DNA from: Schmidtea polychroa
Taxonomy: Eukaryota
Assembly: GCA_044892525.1 (NCBI GenBank)
Contig: CM097888.1
Span: 38,068,001-38,132,000, forward strand
Reading direction: 5' to 3'
Length of the DNA stretch: 64,000 nucleotides
The translations under genes were made by a program, and so were the position numbers. Of the stretch, positions 61,201 through 64,000 are shown piece after piece (within the stretch, counting starts at the first letter, position 1; each line of letters begins with the position of its first letter). The notes below the pieces were generated by a model. That model was given only the letters and a program-made list of their open reading frames with translations. It was not told the DNA's origin and searched no databases.

Positions 61201-61920
61201 TTATTCATACATTTATCAACAGTCTCTTTCAACGTTAACAATAAAAACCATTTTGAATAGCCATTTTTCACCAGTAATTCAACTAATTTATCTACAATTT
61301 TTACTGAATTTTTAAAAGTGGAAGATAAGCAGCATGATTGATAAACAAATCCTTTCACCATATTTCTTTTATATTCAAATTCATAAAAACTCTCTGGGGT
61401 AGTATAGAGGTTAGTATCTGTTGGTTTTCTTTGAATTTCTGTCTCATATTGTTCATCTTTACGTTTAATTTTAAAATAATTTCGATTCTTAAAATTCGAG
61501 TTCGTTAGTTTTCCTCCACTCACAAAATATTAGTAAAACCCAATCTAAGGTTTAAATGTGTAAAAATATATTTTTTCTATTATAGAAAAATAGTATTACC
61601 GAAAAAAAATTAAATAATTAAGTTAAGATGACAATCAATTATTTTATTTAGATTGTGCAATTAATTAACATATTTAATATCATACCAGATCAACCAAGAC
61701 ATATAATTAATTGTTATATTATATATAATGTCTAACCATTCATTGGTATGCAAATTGAGAGCATAGAGTGCATTGGAAACACTAATGCTGCTAAAATTGC
61801 TCATCATTAGTCCCCCATAAACCCAAATAATTGACCCACTGCGAGACGTGGAATGATATAGTAATCCATCAAAATTATTAAGTAAACTTTTAAAAATTGG
61901 TTCCATCCATTTTCCAGAAC
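37044..61920 (-). CDS. ATRN: Attractin-like type I membrane protein (Kelch repeats, PSI, laminin-type EGF, TM, cytoplasmic tail), multi-exon; 5' CUB/EGF exons not located
   Basis: Exons seen: Kelch about 61920-61670 (LLYHS..SGSIIWVYGG) and 56364-56072 (LYLHAMV...FVVGG); PSI 48845-48520 (ECVWC...GEC...CGW...GVGK); 44203-44043 (CIEG..GP...WSF..CSACNCNGHASC); about 43865-43665 (CSKCLHNTTGDLCQKCKEGFQGSPINGQKCSPCKC); 41734-41529; 39116-38951; TM exon ending 37592 (CIFTALLLFYTIYK); last exon 37550-37044 (MERPY, CIEP, AVVTFLFQSP). Order and motifs match ATRN/ATRNL1. Some internal exons unresolved. Confidence 0.9.
38000..38503. mobile_element. piggyBac-type non-autonomous element (about 500 bp)
   Basis: TIRs CACGTTGGGTGC vs CACGTTGAGTGC (revcomp); TTAA on the right (38504-38507), TTTA on the left. 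Confidence 0.55.
39205..39277 (-). ncRNA. Hammerhead ribozyme motif M1
   Basis: AC-CUGAUGA-U-GAUAG[UGAUA]CUGUC-GAAA-UAUA-A-GUG; one U is missing for the minimal type I fold, but a full type III fold is possible with upstream sequence. Confidence 0.75.
39340..39377 (+). ncRNA. Hammerhead ribozyme motif P2
   Basis: CUGAUGA 39342-39348, extra U, stem II GAUAG/CUAUC, GAAA 39365-39368, UAUA loop, UA, GUG; stem I weakened by a U-U mismatch. Confidence 0.75.
45635..45995 (+). repeat. 361-bp repeat, copy 1 (inverted partner at 52649-53009)
   Basis: Exact reverse complement of 52649-53009 except for one mismatch found. Confidence 0.93.
46190..48350 (+). mobile_element. Degenerate Gypsy-like LTR retrotransposon (gag zinc knuckle, RT, RNase H, integrase), interrupted by an insertion at about 47165-47608
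   Basis: CFKCQSTEHL knuckle; RPVLDFRDLNE; LD.KK.YLQLH.DESLW; HINLAEL..V...EVMTNS.SV.SW; integrase HHF, CLQCRAIDP...W.RIAIDTTHY...YLS. Confidence 0.85.
47523..47608. repeat. 13-bp GC-rich tandem array (TGTCCGCGACGAA x5 plus a degenerate unit), probably a DNA transposon terminus
   Basis: Five exact units at 47523-47587, then TTGTCCTGCGACGTATTGCCC, where the retrotransposon RNase H reading resumes. Confidence 0.85.
48520..48845 (-). CDS. ATRN: Attractin-like PSI-domain exon
   Basis: Phase-0 splice GK|CIEG to the exon starting at 44203 reproduces the conserved GKGKCIEG segment. Confidence 0.85.
49255..49345 (+). repeat. Repeat family A copy with hammerhead-like relic (CUGAAGA...AAAUAUAUCG)
   Basis: Aligns to 8450-8525 and 11100-11185; CTGAAGA at 49265-49271. 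Confidence 0.75.
49400..51790 (-). mobile_element. pogo-family (POGK-like) DNA transposon, degenerate, split by a nested hAT
   Basis: N-terminal KRSFYDTSFKLRAIE, HFAVVL...AD.TKL...IFKRK, LVW..FSAH, VIPGG.TS....LDV..NK; acidic C-terminus ...SDTEFEGF* resumes left of the insertion. Boundaries approximate. Confidence 0.8.
49726..51015 (-). mobile_element. Internally deleted hAT Charlie/Buster-type element (1290 bp)
   Basis: TIR CAGTGTTTCTCAAA at both ends; 8-bp TSD ATCTAGAG/ATCTAGAC (NTCTAGAN target typical of Charlie/Buster); C-terminal PFSTAYL...FS...KNK...PRIE.LV..KQAHCSH. Confidence 0.92.
52649..53009 (-). repeat. 361-bp repeat, copy 2
   Basis: See 45635-45995. Confidence 0.93.
53171..55284 (-). 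mobile_element. Ty3/Gypsy pol fragment, copy 2 (RT, RNase H, integrase), no LTRs
   Basis: A 495-aa open frame with YLDD, DAS, TDHK and HHCC zinc finger (H..LCH...C..C), then a frameshift at a 10-bp tandem duplication (53776-53795), then the D-D-E core (VDLCGP, RVDCGKAF, NGQIERQF) and GPY motif. Confidence 0.96.
56072..56364 (-). CDS. ATRN: Attractin-like Kelch exon
   Basis: YLHAMVFINYKIFVVGG...YQFDVLKRTW and NNSTILIVGG align with attractin Kelch repeats 5-6. Confidence 0.8.
56800..56830 (-). ncRNA. Hammerhead motif M2, inactivated by an 8-nt deletion of the 5' arm of stem II
   Basis: CAC-CUGAUGA-AAACUGUC-GAAA-UAUA-UU-GUG; same as P1 minus UGACAGGA, with H17 U instead of C. Confidence 0.75.
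56930..57365 (-). mobile_element. Non-autonomous Helitron inserted in the PLE tail (spans a gap)
   Basis: 5' A|TCTCTATATATAAAA at 57365; 3' GC hairpin AGGGGC-GGA-GCCCCT ending CTAG|T at 56930. A/T insertion site, no TSD. Confidence 0.65.
57683..57721 (+). ncRNA. Intact minimal type I hammerhead ribozyme P1
   Basis: Stem I CAC/GUG; CUGAUGA 57686-57692; extra U; stem II GACAG/CUGUC with GAAAA loop; GAAA 57709-57712; palindromic UAUA loop; AUC cleavage triplet with predicted cut after C57718. Confidence 0.85.
58100..60041 (+). mobile_element. Internally deleted hATm-like DNA transposon
   Basis: LCKQLSADGISLPTPS, SNPRWNSRGICAILAFILLP, RSNICAERDI motifs; right end ...ACCACCCTAA (revcomp TTAGGGTGGT) at 60032-60041. 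Left TIR not found; subfamily from memory of motifs. Confidence 0.6.
60325..61523 (-). mobile_element. Penelope-like element, 5'-truncated (RT thumb, GIY-YIG endonuclease, 3' tail with hammerhead and poly(A) signal)
   Basis: RKPTDTNLY; LVYQFTCNGCNATYIGETS.HL.TRVQEH (frameshifted); CEALLIRTFNPKINVQ...LNVFN* (stop at 60653); hammerhead about 230 nt downstream; AATAAA at 60356-60351. Confidence 0.93.
60386..60457 (-). ncRNA. Hammerhead motif M3, degenerate (GAAA replaced by AACA)
   Basis: AC-CUGAGGA-U-AAUAG[UGAUG]CUAUC-AACA-UAUA-UA-GUG. Confidence 0.7.
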
Positions 61921-62731
61921 CTTAAATTGTTATATGTTTAATATGGTGATTATTATAAAATTTTATGAAAATAAATAGTATTTGAATATATGTTTAGTCT
62001 AAAAGAATTTACTTAAAAATTATTAGAAATTTTTATTAAAATAGGAGTTAAAAAGACTAAAATTTATCGATAAAAATTAACTTATTCGAATAAAAGTAAA
62101 AAAGTGATTCTCATGTTTATGATATTGAAAATCATACAGCAAGATATTCATTTTCATAAATTGCTATGGTTGGAGGTATTACAGAACATTTAAAATTGTA
62201 CTGACATTGATAAAAAATTAAATATTGAAATAATTATTTTTTATTAATTTCCTCTAGATACTTACATATAACACCAAAAAGTAACTGTAGAGTTTTGGAG
62301 GGTTAATAAAAAATGGATTTCCTTTTATAAAATGGAAAAAAGTAAGAAATAGTATAAAATATTTTTTAAATCTTCAATTCAATACAAATATCAACACAGA
62401 TTTAATGTTTAGTTTGTTCCATATTTAGAAATTACCATTTCAATGAATTTATGAAACCCAAAGTTTCAGTTACCCAAAAAAATAATATAAAAACATTTAC
62501 GTAATTAAAATTTGGTGAACTTTATTCGTCAAAAAATATCCATTTTATAACAGTTCAATTTGTTCTTTGTCGTAACTTTGAGCTTGTCAGGCTAGTTTTT
62601 TAAACATTTTTTGTTCCATCAAATTTAAAAGTAGATTGGTAAACCCGTCAAAATCAAATACCAGTGTGTTGGTATGTTATTTTATTTTATATAAATAAGT
62701 CAGGAGCTATACACCAAAGAGCAATAAAAAA

Positions 62732-62920
62732 ACTCTATATATTAACTTCGCCGATGTTTGTATGTTTTTATGTGTCAAGCAAATTTTGTGATCCGAATTA
62801 ACCTACTTTGATTGGATTGTGCTGAAATTGGGCAAGTAGATTCGTTGTCGAGAACACTGCATGCTATCAAAATTTCATATCGATCCGATCACGGAAAGTG
62901 GGTTAATTTTAAAAATATTG
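62732..62920 (+). mobile_element. Helentron/DINE-like non-autonomous repeat, copy 2
   Basis: TATTAACTTCGCCG terminus, GT-rich block, internal inverted segments; homologous to 25070-25262. Confidence 0.4.
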
Positions 62921-63079
62921 ATGTCAAATCTAGTGTTATTTCCTTATTTCAATATAAATTCTTATCTATTCATTGACTTTTGATTAAAGAGATAACGTAA
63001 TTGTTATATGTATGTTCTCAATTATATATTCGTACGTTTATATAGCTTATGTTGTTATAAATGTGTATAAATATGTATA

Positions 63080-63310
63080 TTATGTTTAAGTTTGTTTATG
63101 TGTATAATAAGGTTTGTAGAGCCCAGCCAAGTTTCCTGCAAAAATACTGTCTCGGGACAGCTGGGGTGAATGTATGTAATGTGGGCTACAATATAAATAA
63201 CAAACAAGTAACAATAACGGTTATTTAAAATTTCAATTTTATTCAAAAATAATAAAAGAATGTCACGAACTTTGTTGTTTAATGTAACAGCTCTTTGGAC
63301 TGTATTTGGT
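63080..63310 (-). pseudogene. Possible LINE apurinic endonuclease remnant
   Basis: PETVFLQETWL resembles the APE motif D...LQETWL; the preceding sequence loosely resembles N...L.NK. Confidence 0.35.
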
Positions 63311-63397
63311 TTAATCTTGAAAAGTTTTCTTTAATCTTGAAAAGCTTTCATTAATCTTAAAAAGTTTTCTTTAATCTTGATAAGCTTTCTTTAATCT
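63311..63397. repeat. 20-bp minisatellite, about 4.3 units
   Basis: TTAATCTTGAAAAG(T/C)TTTCT units at 63311, 63331, 63351 and 63371. Confidence 0.9.
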
Positions 63398-64000
63398 GGT
63401 TTTATATTGATTTTTATTTTTTTGTCGTTATTTTTAAATTTTCAATTCTTTATAGTAAATTATTACTATAGAGAATTGTTATATAGATCCTTTCTTGGAT
63501 CAAGGGGACCGTTATTCGAATTGGGTTAGTTAGTATAATTTGTAATTACAGTACAAAAATTATGTATAAAACATTAACATTACATTACAGTAATGATATC
63601 TAAAATATGTTATGGTAGTTTGAACCAATAATTGATATGGTTATCATTATCACATTATTCATGATCACATAATTTAGGGTTGCATTTGGTCACGCGAAAA
63701 AAGTGATTTTTCGTAATAATAAATATTTCATAGCATTGAGAACGCATATTGAAATTTTAGTTTTGAGTGAAATTTAGAGTTTCAAAAACCATGTTTTTAT
63801 GGTTGATCTTTATTATAGAGATTTTGTGAACCGTGTTTGTGTGCAGGTATTTATTTTTTTTCCAACAGTAAATTTTTCTATTCGCTTATAGTGTAAGTCA
63901 TTATTTAATGTCAACGGTTTAATTGAATGTCAATTTTGGCTATGAGACACACACATTTATTATAGGTAAGTTTCATTTATAATATTGAATCTTTAAATAA

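Overview
Very AT-rich, repeat-dense scaffold from a multicellular animal, with five N-gaps. Genes mix 41-53 nt mini-introns with multi-kb TE-filled introns; a compact or parasitic invertebrate such as an orthonectid is a guess only. Host genes: a JIP3/JIP4 (Sunday driver/UNC-16)-like gene (-, 22437 to at least 4042), an intronless CYP46A1-like cytochrome P450 (-, 25461-26990), an unrecognised 7-exon gene I could splice in frame (+, 28052-32810, about 473 aa), and an attractin-like gene (-, 37044 to at least 61920, 5' end not found). Introns and intergenic DNA hold two copies of one Ty3/Gypsy family, remnants of a second LTR family, several hAT, pogo, Tc1/mariner and piggyBac-type elements, a Helitron, and at least five Penelope-like element (PLE) fragments. 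The most notable unannotated signal is a family of five hammerhead ribozyme motifs (CUGANGA-U-stem II-GAAA-UAUA-UH) in PLE 3' tails inside attractin introns. They include a fully intact copy at 57683-57721 and a palindromic double-ribozyme mini-element with a 12-bp target-site duplication at 39136-39412. Both antisense copies keep the catalytic core, while all three copies lying sense to the host pre-mRNA carry lesions. All assignments come from motif recognition by eye; no searches were run.
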